This document shows positions 21,361-33,620 of a stretch of 64,000 nucleotides of DNA, piece after piece (the stretch's first letter is position 1; every line of letters starts with the position of its first letter). The position numbers and the translations under genes were made by a program. Under the pieces are notes generated by a model, which did not search any database, had not been told where the DNA came from, and saw nothing but the letters and a program-made list of their open reading frames with translations. The stretch is from NCBI RefSeq assembly GCF_041146345.1, contig NW_027191405.1, positions 372,001-436,000 on the forward strand. Reading direction: 5' to 3'. The DNA comes from Neodothiora populina (lineage: Eukaryota).

Positions 21361-23400
21361 CTTTGCGCTTTACAGAGAATGAGTGCTATGAATCTCCGCA
21401 ATTGCCTCAGACCAATGTACATGCGTCTCGTTTGTATGTAATGTACACAAGCCAGTTCTATCAGGTTATCGAGAGGCGAATGCTGGAAGGAAGAAAAGAG
21501 AGATGGAATTGTTGATAGATGATATGGGTATTATTGGGGAGGATATACTTTGTCCTCCGGGGGCTGTTTAACCGGAAAGTACCTCGTCGTGCCATGCATG
21601 TTATGGTGGCGTGTACAGGTCAATGATGGGGAAGACTAACGGTGTTCTCGCCGCTGTTGTCGGCGTTTGAAGAAGACAGCCCACTGCGATGCGATAACAA
21701 GATAGGCGCGGCATCACTATTGCATGCTGGATCGAGAGTGCAATCTCGCTCCTTCAGTGTTGCTCGACTCTGCGTTCAGTCATGCTCCAGCATCGTTATA
21801 TCGACACATCTGATTGAGCATGAGGTACTTAGCCGTAAAGGTTCGCCTGGATCGGGCAAGATACGACCGACGGCGCGGGGAAAGAAAGAATAATTTGGAA
21901 TGTAAGCTCTATCATTGGACCGATAACGTCTCCGCCCTATGATAATCGGATTTCGTCGTCGAACCACACTATCCTTCAGTCAATATTGATATTGAGTACG
22001 CTGCTGTCGGCATCACCGATAAACGCTCCAGATCAAGAGAGCTTGCGTCAGCTTCATGACCAGCGATTTTACAGAGTCCGATGTTCAGGCCCTAGTTTCA
22101 ATCTCAGCATTACGGCAACCCTGGAGTTTTTTACTAGGAAGAGAGAGGGTCAAGAGGTCAAAGATCAGCCTGGGATTCGCGAATTGACTGCTTGGTAGCT
22201 CCCTTGCATATACTCGAGTCGCAATCTATGGTCTGCGCGGTGCTGAAGTCCGAGGTCGAAGATCATATGTGCCCCGACGAATCATGCGAAAGTATACCTG
22301 GTGGCTGTCAATCACTCCTCAAGTGCCCATGATACCCATACCTGTTGCAATCGCTCTTTGTTGTATGTGGAGCCTGAAGATGCTAAGTTGTTCAAGTCGC
22401 CAGAGCAAGACAGCGACTGTGGAGTGTACGCCAAGTGCGATGTTCGTGGTGCCGTTGGCACATCGTCTGTCCATATCGTCTGACACTCTGAGATATTGGC
22501 TTGGCTGAACAAAACATGCAAGCATGGAGCAGGAACTATAGCACGTCGTTTGTCAAGTATATGTGAGCCGAAGGCTTCACTGTCTTGACGTTCTTCTATG
22601 AGATTCGCCTATAGGGGGCCCTTCCGGCCAGGTGAATAGACTGAAGACCAAACCAAAGAACCTGTCATTGGCAGATGGCATTGAAGGGCGCTTTTGCAGA
22701 GTAAGTAGTGAGGACCCAGTGTCAAGGCTTACTTCTGTAAAGAAGTTAGAAGAGTTGTTTCGATACAATGTTTGTGATCAATATACGTCAGTTCCACAGG
22801 GTTGTACTAGGGGCGATTTTCCCATACGAAAAAAGCAAGAGGTGGTATAGTGATGATGAAGAGTTTATTCTGCCACAGACATTAAGAAGCTAATGGTGAA
22901 CATAGTCGATTCATATCGCCGCCACGAATGAACGTCGGAATGAGTCTACAACAGAGAAGTGATCGTCTGATTGAGTACTCGGAATTGTCAAAGTGTCTTC
23001 ACTTTGGTGTTGTCATCTGATTCATCATCTTACCTATCTTTCAACTCGCATAGTGAACCGAGATTCTCTACCTATATTTCACCTCTAAACCTCACTTTAT
23101 TGGTCACCTTATACAGTGAATCGAACTTCCGTATGTTTCGCCTGTACTCTTCACTTTGGAGAGCGATTGATACAGATCTCTCTTTCCGTCTCTCCTCTTC
23201 TCATCCTTCTTCCCCCATCCTTCTTCCTCCGCCTACCACCTTTCTTCCTCCTTCCTCTCCATCTTTCCTCTTTGCTGGTATTGTCGTCCTTAATCTACTG
23301 GCATCAACTACAGAGCTTGACACACGTTCCCATCCATTCTGCAGTAAGTCCCTCCTAGATCAAGTCCCCTGAGCAGCTACTAAACACTGAAACGAACAGC

Positions 23401-24264
23401 ATGCCTATCTCGAAAAAGCCTCGCCGTACTTACAGCATGTCCTACGTTGGATACGGCACTGCTGGAAGTCCTGAAATCAATATGGATGAACCAGTCGACC
23501 ACAACATGTCCACAGTCCCCAGCGAGTCTGGTGGCAAAGCTGACGAAATTGAGGATGCTGAGGACGCCGAGGACGCCGAGGTTGCTGAAGACGCTGAAGG
23601 TACTGAAGGTGCTAAAGATATAAAAGACGCCGAGGACGCTGAAGATGTCGAAGACGCTCAAGACGCTGAAGACGATGATGATGGACAGATCAACTTTTTT
23701 GACTATGACAAGCTTGTCGGACGTATCATCCCCACCAGGTTGCTATATACCACGTCCGTGGCGCCCACGATATCGGACCCAAACATGAAAAACATGACCA
23801 GGCGGTCCTCTGACCTGAAGAAGTCAATGGAGAAAGACAGGAAGTTCATAGTGACATCCCTGGGGTGTTTTCACAATCGTCTTTGCCATCTGAAGGTCGA
23901 TCTCGGCGCGTTCGCAGCATTGCCCCAGCTAGCTAGAGACTTCGACAGCTTGTTCGACTTACTTGAGCACCTGGGAAGAAGGATCAACAATGCGACGCCC
24001 ACTGCGGAGCTGGGACATGAAGAGTCTGACCTGGAGGGATTAATGGAGAAGGACAAGAAGTTCACAATGAAATACCTGGAGCTTATTCATGCGTATGTTC
24101 GCAGCCTGCATGCCAGCCTGCATGCCAGCCTCGGCGTGTCCGCAGCAATTTTCCGGCTAGCTACAGACTTCGAGGGCTTATTCGAAATGATTAAGGCCCT
24201 GACACGAAGGATCCAGCGTCCGATGTCTAGACGTACTGCGGAGCAGGGACACCACCAGGAGTGA
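23401..24264 (+). CDS. Orphan protein with acidic (EDA)n tract and an internally duplicated ~65-aa helical module
   Basis: 287-aa ORF after a CT-rich leader and a probable 5'UTR intron (GTAAGT 23344...AACAG 23399). Two repeats of the form SDL...MEKDxKF...LAxDFxxLFxxxxxLxRRI. Confidence 0.6.
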   Translation: MPISKKPRRTYSMSYVGYGTAGSPEINMDEPVDHNMSTVPSESGGKADEIEDAEDAEDAEVAEDAEGTEGAKDIKDAEDAEDVEDAQDAEDDDDGQINFFDYDKLVGRIIPTRLLYTTSVAPTISDPNMKNMTRRSSDLKKSMEKDRKFIVTSLGCFHNRLCHLKVDLGAFAALPQLARDFDSLFDLLEHLGRRINNATPTAELGHEESDLEGLMEKDKKFTMKYLELIHAYVRSLHASLHASLGVSAAIFRLATDFEGLFEMIKALTRRIQRPMSRRTAEQGHHQE

Positions 24265-24645
24265 GCTTTGCTGAAGCTGTGCAACGGCAGGCTGGAAGTA
24301 CAGAAGATCATTCTGGAAACTCAGGTTTCTTACAGAGTAAGTTGTATTACCTTTCATTTTTAAGGTGATGTTTTTCTGACCACCACAGGCTTTCTTTATT
24401 TGCCTGCAACCTATCGTAGCCGCGAGCTACGCGCCTTCCTGCAGGTTGCTGCACAAGGCAGCTCAGGACTGGACTTAACACTACTCTGGACGCGAAATGC
24501 ATTGCTACAAGTCGGTCTGTTGGCTACGTCTGCTGAAGCATTACTTGGGAGACACATTCGAGATGGAGGATGATTTTGGAGGTCAGCGGCATGCTTGCCA
24601 TCTCTGCTGAAGCTTCAATTAGTCGACTTTTTCAGAATGGAGGCT

Positions 24646-24823
24646 GGATGAATTTCAGGATCGGATGATTTTCAGGATCGGATGCTTTCGAGATCAGATT
24701 GGGTTTTTCAGGGTGGGATGCCTTTCAAAGTTGGATGGTCTTCAGGATCGGATGATTTTCACGGTCGGATGTTCATCAAGGTCGAATGGTCTTCAGGATC
24801 GGATGGTTATCAGATTGGAAATG
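24646..24823. repeat. 17-bp minisatellite, consensus TTTTCAGGATCGGATGA, about 10 units
   Basis: Exact TTCAGGATCGGATG at 24654, 24671, 24741 and 24792, with degenerate units in between. Confidence 0.85.
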
Positions 24824-25688
24824 CAGCCGCTCTATATGGCTCAGACAGAGATCCTACCTCTAGACAGGTAATCCACTGGATCAAGAGACCTGCCCCCTAC
24901 TCAATAATGCGAAATCCCCCAAAAATCATTCATGGTTCGAACAGCCTTGTCGAACCATGCTGAGGCAAGGCGCAGTAAGTGTATACAGCACCCCAAGCAT
25001 GAAGAAGAACAAGCGGCATTCTCGCCGCCGCGTCGGCGTTTGTTTCAGAGGCAAGTAAGCTCGGCTGCCGATCACTGCTCTCCTGTGGCAAGCATGCGAA
25101 TATCGTCTGGCTCTTATGAGAAGGAAAATAGTCTATGGATTTTCTGCTGCCTAAACCTCCACAAATATTTGACTATAGCTTTACACGCTGCCTCACAGCT
25201 GACCTTCTCGTATTTGGTATTTCATACCGGCTGTGCTAGCTATATTGTATACCGCCTATAGTCGAGAGCGTAAAGAGCCACAGCATGTCCGGCGGGTAAA
25301 TAAGCGCCAAAGCGCGGGGGGAACCGACGAAACAAGACGATAACTCAGTGTCCGACGGCTGTCATTGGTTAGCTTTTGCAGCGTCGGCGTTTGAAAGACT
25401 GATTATAAGGAAGGGCACATTTTGAGTCTTTACTATCGAGGACAGTCGCTTGTACTACAGATACACGATATAGGCAAAGTCGAGTTCTTGGATTATCAGT
25501 GCTATTTAAGGTGATGCCCTGCAAGTTTCCTATAGGGGAGGGGGTTGCAAGGAGCTGATGGAGATAGAATTACACTTTCCCCCCCTAGGTGTCCTAGCCA
25601 CGTCTGTTCTGTGTGTCGCATGCTGCTGCACCCTGCAATGGACTGAACAACATGCTCTGATGTCGGTTGTGCAGTATCAGCTGTGATC

Positions 25689-26824
25689 TCAGGTATACTC
25701 AGATCCCTCCTCAGCGCCTGCTGCATCAAAGTCGCTAGTCAGATCGACTTCCTCTCTGGCACGACCAGCTTCCTCGCGAGCAATAGTGTCAATGCTGACG
25801 GCTGCCTCGTCAGCCAGCTTGGAATTGATTCTTCTCATTTCAGTGATTCCAGCTTCAGCCGTGTGGTAAGGAATTCTTCTCGTTTTTTTTTTGAGACCAG
25901 CTTGGACCCCTCGATGATATCCTGCGTCGCTCCGCTTGTTGTTGTCGCGTTCGAGGTTTTCGTATTTCTTGCGTAGTGTGTGGTTCTCATGTTCCAGGTT
26001 TCTCATCTTTTCGATGATGCTGTGCAGCTCCTTTGGGACTGCGGTGTATGGCTGGTCTGCATGCTCGCGATGAGCCTCATGGATAGTGTCTGGATCAGGT
26101 TCCTTGTGGGGTTGATTGAAAGCCGAGGAGGCTGCTGCTGCTGCTGCTGGTTTCTTTCCTTTGTCTTGGGATCTAGTCTTAGGGCCTTGGTTCTGCTCTG
26201 CAGGCTGTCTTTCAGGTGAGACGCGTGATGGTGTGTTGCTGAGTCGACCGGAGTCTGGCAGAGCAAGTCCCCTAAGGCGTCGCGGTTCCTGCTCGACACG
26301 CACCATCGGTGGCGCAATCGGCAAGTTGGACCTCAGGGCCTCGAGAACACGATCCAGATCTGGACCGGGAGGATAAGACCTATGGCCCTGATCGTAGGCA
26401 TTCAGGATGATAGCGGGGATCCCAGTGTGCAGTTCGAATTCTTCGACGGTCAGACTGCGAGCGAACTGCAACATGCTCGCGGTCTCGTTGAATCCTTTTC
26501 CGATGGTAAACTGGATGCCTGGGTTTCCCTTCATCAACTTGACGGTCCTGTCCAGCGCTGTCTTGCAGGCCCATCCCTTTCTTGTGCCTTTTCCTCCAAC
26601 GCGGATCAGCTCGTTGGCCACCAGGCCCCAGTTGTAAAGTCGGGGTCAGGATGGTTGAGGTTGTTGGCGACAATCTCATGGGCTTGCTGGGCGGTGGTGT
26701 GGGCGCTGTTTGGCCAGCCAGTGATATCCAGCTCGTTCAGTCTCCAGATGGTCCACTCTTCTTTTCTCAGCCTCGCCTTCTTTTCGGAAGGAGGCTCGTA
26801 AGGAGAGTCGTCCCAGGTATCCAT
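25689..26824 (-). pseudogene. Orphan coiled-coil protein gene with one frameshift near 26635
   Basis: ATG ORF 26606-26824 overlaps the 310-aa ORF 25689-26621 in the -1 frame. The join reads ...HPDPD/YNWGLVANELIRV... Confidence 0.5.
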
Positions 26825-27124
26825 CGTGAGATGGGATGCGCGAAGTTGAGGTTTCTAGATGATGGCAATTGTGTTTGTGAATGATAGAGATGATGTCTGG
26901 TGTAGCGGCAGCACAAGCGGGGGAGGGGGGAGAAGGAAGATGTGAGAGTGAGGAGAAGAAAACAAGTTCATGGGGCCCCTAAAAGTACGTTTTGCGGGTT
27001 AGAGAGACCAAAGCAAGATAGGTGACAACTCTTCGTGTTCGACTTAGGCGTCAAGTTCACGGACATGGTCCACGCTTCTTGATTCATTTCTATATCATTG
27101 CAACCAGTGCCAAACACCTAAATT

Positions 27125-28554
27125 TCACACCCGCCGAGAAGCACCTGCTAGTCGTCTCCGTCGCTTGCTCTTGACGACAAGCCACACGAACAGCACGGTC
27201 AAGAGAGAAGTCCTGCCGATCACGACCACAGCGATGGCTTTCCTGAGCAAGTCGTAGTAACCGTCCAATAGATTGCCTACAGTGCTGCTCGCGCTCCTCG
27301 TGTCCAGCCCCGAGCCGAGACCGGGCATGCCGACGTCGTAGAGTTTCTTTGGTTGTAGCTCCTGCGACTGTGGAAGAGACTTGTCGCGCGACAGATACCT
27401 GCTCGAATGCATCCTCTTGGGTGAGTCCGCGGCTTCGCTCGTGTTCCTTGGTAGTTGCATCGAGTCGAGACCCTCCTCGGCGGCGGGAACGGCCAACTCC
27501 TCGCCGCCTCCGTTCTCTAGCTCCTTTGACTTGCGCTGCTTGAACCTATACGTCATGGCCCAGATGGCGAATCGCACGTCCAGCGGGGTGAAGGTGGGAT
27601 ATGTCAAAGCTGCAGGGCATTGTTCGGCGGCATCATGTCGAGGAAGTCGGCCATGACGCCCAGAGTCAGACCCCATAGCAACAGCGGCTGGTCTTGCGGG
27701 ACCGAAGCGGCTTTGCGTTGTTTTGCGACAAGGCTGGTGAGGAGAGTGGGCACGTCGAACAGCGTGGTCGCGCTGCTCTTTGCAGAAACCTCCTCTGCCG
27801 GCGACGCCAGACAATGCAAGGACTCGGCGGGGAGCAGGCGGATGGCGGCAAACTCCATGTGGCCCAGCATGGCGCGCAGCATCCATCTCTTGACTCCGGT
27901 CTCCTGGTTTGCCAATCTGTTGGAGACGTCTTCGTAGGACACAGTCCTCTGGGCGGGATCAAGGAGGGCGCGCAGAGGCACCCAGTGGGTGGAAGCGACC
28001 TCGGTAGGTTGTAGTCTGAGAGGGGCAATTTGGGGGTTGGTGAGAAGAAAGACGTAGGGACAGAGGACCATCAGCGGTATGCGTCCCCAAGAGGTCGTCA
28101 CAACCCGCTGCGGCAGATTGCCGACCGGAATGGCGTTCTCGGGCGACAAGTCGATGCCGACCTCCTCGGCCGTTTCTCTCACGGCGGCAGCCTGATCGTC
28201 GGCATCGGTGGGGTCTCGTCTACCGCCAGGCAGGGCGACATGGCTCGTCCAGCGATCGCCTTTTCTCGCAGCGCGCTTGATGAAGAGAATCTCGGCTTCT
28301 CCATGCTTGACCCAGTCCTGAGCGAAGAAGGAGTCGATGTCCTTTTCTGGTGGTGGTGCTGCTGCTGCTGCTGTGGCGGCAGCGTCAGGCCAATGTTCGT
28401 AGTTTGGCTGGCATCTGATGATCAAGGCAACCGAGGCTCGTTTCTTGGTAGACTCGGGGCCTGCGACGTAGGGATATGGATTTTTTGATAGATCGTCGAG
28501 GACATGGCGGAGGCTGTCGAGCAGATGTCGTTGACTCGAGGGGACGGGTGGCAT
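27125..28554 (-). CDS. Nudix hydrolase (CoA-pyrophosphatase-like) with C-terminal TM; 1-bp frameshift at about 27604
   Basis: Nudix box PGGRRDPTDADDQAAAVRETAEEVGI and LWGLTLGV motif. CTT TG ACA TAT CCC lacks one G of an expected LQL-W-TYPTF. Confidence 0.85.
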
Positions 28555-28779
28555 GGTAGGAGAACAATGATCAGATGATACACGAGTATTGTTTGGCGAC
28601 AGCGTAATATCTAACTACGTATAAAGAAAGCACGCACGGGTGTTTGACCAGGGTCACCTACAGTGTATGCGTACTTGGATGTGTAAGGCGTCCAGCCATG
28701 TCGAAAGCCACCGGAAATCAGGATCAGGCTGTACGGGGTGAGACGACTAACCCGTCTGAGTGAATGGTATCCCTTGACT

Positions 28780-29040
28780 GCCACTTGACGGTCATTCCAG
28801 TGGCTACTTGCTTTTACCTGATTGGCAGTTCGGCCGTGTTCGTTGGAGAGTCATTGACCATTCACCGAGTAGTCAGTGGCTAGTCAGTGGCTAGTCATTG
28901 TGAGATGACTGATTCTCCACGAGAGACTTGGCAACAAGTCATTTGAGACTTGTTGGCTGTTCATTTGAGCTCCATTTACTGTTTATGAGACAGTCACCAA
29001 CCGATCACTGGGAAGTCACCGACTACTGGGTACTGACAAG
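28780..29040. repeat. GTCATTGA/AGTCAGTGG motif cluster in the Nudix-VTC divergent promoter
   Basis: Tandem 11-mer tagtcagtggc x2-3 at 28870-28900 and many gtca(t/c) cores. Confidence 0.5.
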
Positions 29041-29279
29041 GTAGTGATATGATAAGACAATAAAGTGATGCTGATGCACATGACAATGACATCAGACGTG
29101 TCATCTTTGTGAAAATCCATTTCCACATTCAAGCGACTTTCTGGACGCGCATGGGCGGTTCATTGGCTTTGATTGGTCAATTGAGTTGACAGCAGCTTCA
29201 TCTCACTGGACTATAATTATTATTGTCCATTCCTTCTTTTCTCGAGTCGTCTCATCACAGGGACAAGAAATCGAGCAGG

Positions 29280-29930
29280 ATGAAGTTCGGCACCACTCTG
29301 CGCAAGAGCATCTACGAGCCGTGGAAGGAGGAATACATCGACTACAACAAATTGAAAAAGCTGTTGAGAGAAGACGACTCGGCCGATATCAGTCCTGTGC
29401 GCGGCGGCGCCAACGACTCTTCCAGATGGACCGACGACGATGCCCAGGCCTTCTTCGACGAGCTCGTGAACAAGCAACTGGAGAAGGTCAAGAACTTCCA
29501 CAAATCCACCTACCAGAGACTGAGCGACACGACCAACAAGTGCGAGACCAAGCTCGAGCCCGTCGCTGCCAGTTTGAAGACTCAGACCCAGGACCTTCCT
29601 GTTTCGGATTCCAGCGACAGCAACGGCAAGCAGCCCCTGCCCAACGAGGAACAACGAAAGCAGACACTCAACGAGGTCCTCTCCGAGCTTGACAGCATCA
29701 CGCAGCGGATCAACGAGCTCGAAAAGTACAGCCGCATCAACTACACGGGCTTCCTCAAGATCGCCAAAAAACATGACCGCAAGCGAGGAGGGCGCGTGTC
29801 GAGTGTGCGCCCGCTGGTCAAGTCCATGTTGGCAGAGGTTCCCTTCAACAAGGAGGACTACTCGCCGCTGCTCTACCGTCTGTCTGCCATGTATTCCTTC
29901 TGCTGGCAGAACCTCGAGAAGAGCTCACAG

Positions 29931-29975
<45 letters not shown>

Positions 29976-31950
29976 TCGACGCTGCCCGAGTCGGCCGAGG
30001 GAGACATGTATACCTCGCACAAATGTATCTTCTCCTTCTTCTCTTTCTTCTCTCTCTCCCTATTGATCTCTACTGACAACCCCCTGCACAGTCTGGGTGC
30101 ACATGGACAACCTCCTCGAGGTCAAGACCATCATCCTGCGTCGCCTGCCCGTCCTCGTCTACAACCCTTCCACCTCCAAGATCGCCCAGGGCAGCCAGAA
30201 AGACCCGACCCTGACCTCCATCTACTTGGACAACCCCAACTTCTCCCTCTACACCGACAAGGTCGAGCACAAGAACGAGGCCTCGTCGGTGCGCATCCGT
30301 TGGTTCGGCCAATTGTCGCAGAAACCCGAGCTCATCATGGAGAAGAAGACGGCCAAGCAGGACGGCGCCAGCGAGGACGAGCGATTCACCATCAAGGAGA
30401 AGTACATCAAGCCCTTCGTGGACGGCGACGAGGACATGAGCAAAGCCATCGAGAAGCGCAAATCACGTGCCGGCGCCGACTCCAGTGATGTCGACTCCTT
30501 CACAAAAGCCATTCACGACATTCAGACTTTCATCAAGGACAACGAGCTGCAGCCCGTCTTACGCGCAAATTACTCGCGCACCGCCTTCCAGATCCCCGGC
30601 GACAACAGGATCCGCATCTCCCTCGACACCAACCTCGCTTTCATCCGCGAGGACGCCATCGATCCCGATCGTCCCTGCCGTGATCCCGATGACTGGCACC
30701 GCGCCGACATTGACGACGCCGACGTCGAGTGGCCCTTCTCCTCCATCCGCAAGGGTGAAATCTCCAAGTTCCCCCATGCCGTGCTCGAGATCAAGGTCAG
30801 AAACGACAAGCACTACGAGTGGGTCGACGACCTCATCAACTCCCACCTTGTCTATCAGACTCCCCGCTTCAGCAAGTTTGTCCACGGTGTCGCCCAGCTG
30901 TTCGAGGACTACGTCAATACTTTCCCCTTCTGGCTGTCCGCCCTCGAGGAGGACATCCGCAAGGACCCCGAGGAGGCTTTCAAGCAGGAGCAGGCCCTGC
31001 GCAAGAAGCAGGAAGAAGACGAAATGGCCGTCGGCTCTCTGACCAAACACGGTCGACGCGCCTCTCGCCTGCCCGGCCAGCTCTCACCCGTCGGGTCTCC
31101 CTCTCAGAAGACCGTCTGGACAGGCTCCCACCAGACCAATCGCGCCCTGCTGAACTCCAGCAGCCAGCCACAAACCTCTCAGTCCCTCGGTAGTATGGCG
31201 CGCTCCGCCCCTACAGGCCTCGACACCACCGCCGAAGAAGAAGACTCGGACGACGACCGTCTCCAAGCCCCTCGTGAGGCCAACGGTAAGAAGGTCAACG
31301 CGCACCTGCCCACCGGCCTCGGTTCCCTCTTCCCCACCTTTTCCACCTCCAAGTACGCCCAGCACCGTCGGCACAGAGGCGACGCGCCCATCCCGGAAGG
31401 AGTACAGAAGCCCACTTTCTGGATCAAGGATCAAGGTCCTGTCAAGGTCGAAGCAAAAGTCTGGCTCGCCAACCAGCGTACCTTTATCAAGTGGCAACAC
31501 GTCACCGTCCTTCTCGCGTCTCTGTCTCTCGGTCTTTTCAATGCTGCTGGCGAAGACAACAACGTCGCTCGCGCCCTTGCACTTGTCTATACCCTCATCG
31601 CTGTATTCACAGGAGCCTGGGGCTGGGGCATCTACATGTGGCGCAGCAGGCTCATCATGCAGCGCAGCGGCAAGGACTTTGACGCCCTCACCGGCCCCGT
31701 CGTCGTGTGTCTCGGCCTGATCGTGGCCCTCATCTTGAATTTCGCCTTCAAAGTACGTTCACCCTATCCTATCCTTTTGATCCTTTATCAATCATACTGA
31801 CCTGGTCCACTACAGTACAAGGAAGCGAAAGACAACCGTCATAAAGACCACCAACATAACGACCAACCCGATCCTAGTAACTCGACATTAGCAGCCGTGG
31901 AACCTGTCGTGACGGCTCTCGTCGAGCATGTCATGCAGGAATTGCGGTAG
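29280..31950 (+). CDS. VTC2: Vacuolar transporter chaperone subunit Vtc2/Vtc3 (SPX + VTC + DUF202 TM); introns 30025-30091, 31753-31815
   Basis: SPX start MKFGTTLRKSIYEPWKEEYIDY, INYTGFLKIAKKHD, VTC domain and KVEAKVWLANQRTFIKWQH (Vtc2/3-type rather than Vtc4), with three TM helices. Confidence 0.9.
29931..29975 (+). repeat. (GCT)n microsatellite encoding poly-Ala in Vtc2/3
   Basis: Run of about 14 Ala codons in the SPX-VTC linker. Confidence 0.9.
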
Positions 31951-32157
31951 ACTTTTCACTTTTGCTTTCGCCACTGAAGAAGTGAGGGGGGGGGGGAAGA
32001 AGAAAAGCATAATAAAGATGTATAGACTGGCTGTACTGTATATAGTGTTTCCATTGAGTATTCATACATATCGCTCATGTCCCATCTTGAGAAGTCTATC
32101 ACTCCCTGCGTAAAGCCCCCATTAGCCGTCATGCTTGCAGTCAAGACTACTGTTCTA

Positions 32158-32159
<2 letters not shown>

Positions 32160-32201
<42 letters not shown>

Positions 32202-32215
32202 TCTCTCTCTCTCTT
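32160..32215. repeat. (CT)n microsatellite
   Basis: Direct dinucleotide run. Confidence 0.95.
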
Positions 32216-32459
32216 TCGCTTCACAAAGAGAAAACGCAGTCGCGCGAAGGGTTGGCTAAAGCAACATGACATGGTTTCGACTATAATAAGCAGCAGTAGT
32301 GGACTTTCTGCTAATAACAACACGCTCAACATGGCAGCTTAACATGGACAATGACATTGACAGTGAAGAGGAGGTGGCGGCGATACTATGAGTGCATCGG
32401 GAAGAGAGGAGGGACGGCGAGCCGACTCCCAGCTGTGCTTTTAGTGCTGCGCTGCGGAG

Positions 32460-33290
32460 TAGTAATGAAGAAGGAATAGTGAAGAGGTAGTAAAAAGGTA
32501 GTGAAGAGGTAGTGGAGAGGTAGTAAAGCAGTAGCAAAGCAGCAGTAAAGAAGTAGTGGAGCAGCATTTGATATCAAACACTTACCTTGAATTGAAATTC
32601 CTTTAAACATGGATTAGTCCTGAGGTTAGACCTAAAATTGCACCTGAGATTGCAATTGAGATAGACCTCAGGCAGACCTGATATTAGAACCTGGAATCGC
32701 ACCTGAGTGTTAGAGGTGTATGCAGGTTGTCCCCCAGTTGACCCTCTGGGTTGGTCCTGGATTCGGACCTCGCAGTCGAACTCCGGGTTGGACCTTCCAA
32801 CTTAGACTCGAGGTCCAACCTAGAGTATAGATACTCTACCTCAGGATCATCCTGAGAGAATGATCACTTTTCTTCTATGTTACAGACCTTTGGGCTCGTG
32901 ACAGTTAGACCCTGATATTAGACCTGAGCATCAGGCCGGAGGCTGGACGTAGAGACGTGAGATTAGTGCTTGAGTTGAACCTGAGATGGGACTTGAAGCA
33001 GAGCTATTAGACATAAGATTCAGGCCTGGGTCTCGAACCTGGGATTGAAGCTAGAGTAGACCTGAGATCGAACCTGAGATTAGACCTTGGGGTAGTACTA
33101 GTGAAGAGGTAGTGAAGTATTAGTGAAGAAGCAGTAAACTGTTAGTGAAGAAGCACTGAGATAATAATAAGGCAATAGTAGAGAAGCAGTAAATAGTAAT
33201 AAAGTAGTAGTGAGGTAGCAGCGAGATAATTATGAAGCAGCTGTAAGAACATAATGAAGTGGCAATAAAGTAGAAGTCAAGTGTTACTTA
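32460..33290. repeat. Composite degenerate minisatellite: GTAGTGAAGAG-type units flanking ~12-bp TTAGACCTGAGA units
   Basis: agtagtgaag/agcagtaaa units at 32460-32570 and 33090-33290. acctgaga units at 32615-33090. Confidence 0.7.
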
Positions 33291-33620
33291 CCTTGCTTAA
33301 GTACTTGAAGTCAGGAAGAAGTGAAGCAATATTAACAAAGAGTGATTCATAAGTGAGATGACACTAAATGCACGATGACGCAGCAGTAAAGCAGCTGTTT
33401 CTACTTTATACCTTACATCATTTCAGGCGGGTTACTGTGTATGTCAATTACGTTCATTAATCTCTTAACGTCTCTTCACTCATCTTCCACTTTTGCTTTA
33501 CTCTGTACTTAATATCTGTTTGGTTCAAGAATGATGACACTCTTGCCATACAATAAGTACAACACCTGCATCTGCGCTCTCCAGTACTAGTACATATGAC
33601 CAAAAAAAGGAAGACAAAAA

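Noticed and set aside
21359..21382. U4-like ATCTTTGCGC and U6-like ACAGAGA words
   Set aside because: They overlap the CYB2 start region on the opposite strand and the rest of the snRNA is missing; coincidence.
24646..24823. CRISPR-like array
   Set aside because: Eukaryotic context, units are contiguous without unique spacers, and there are no cas genes.
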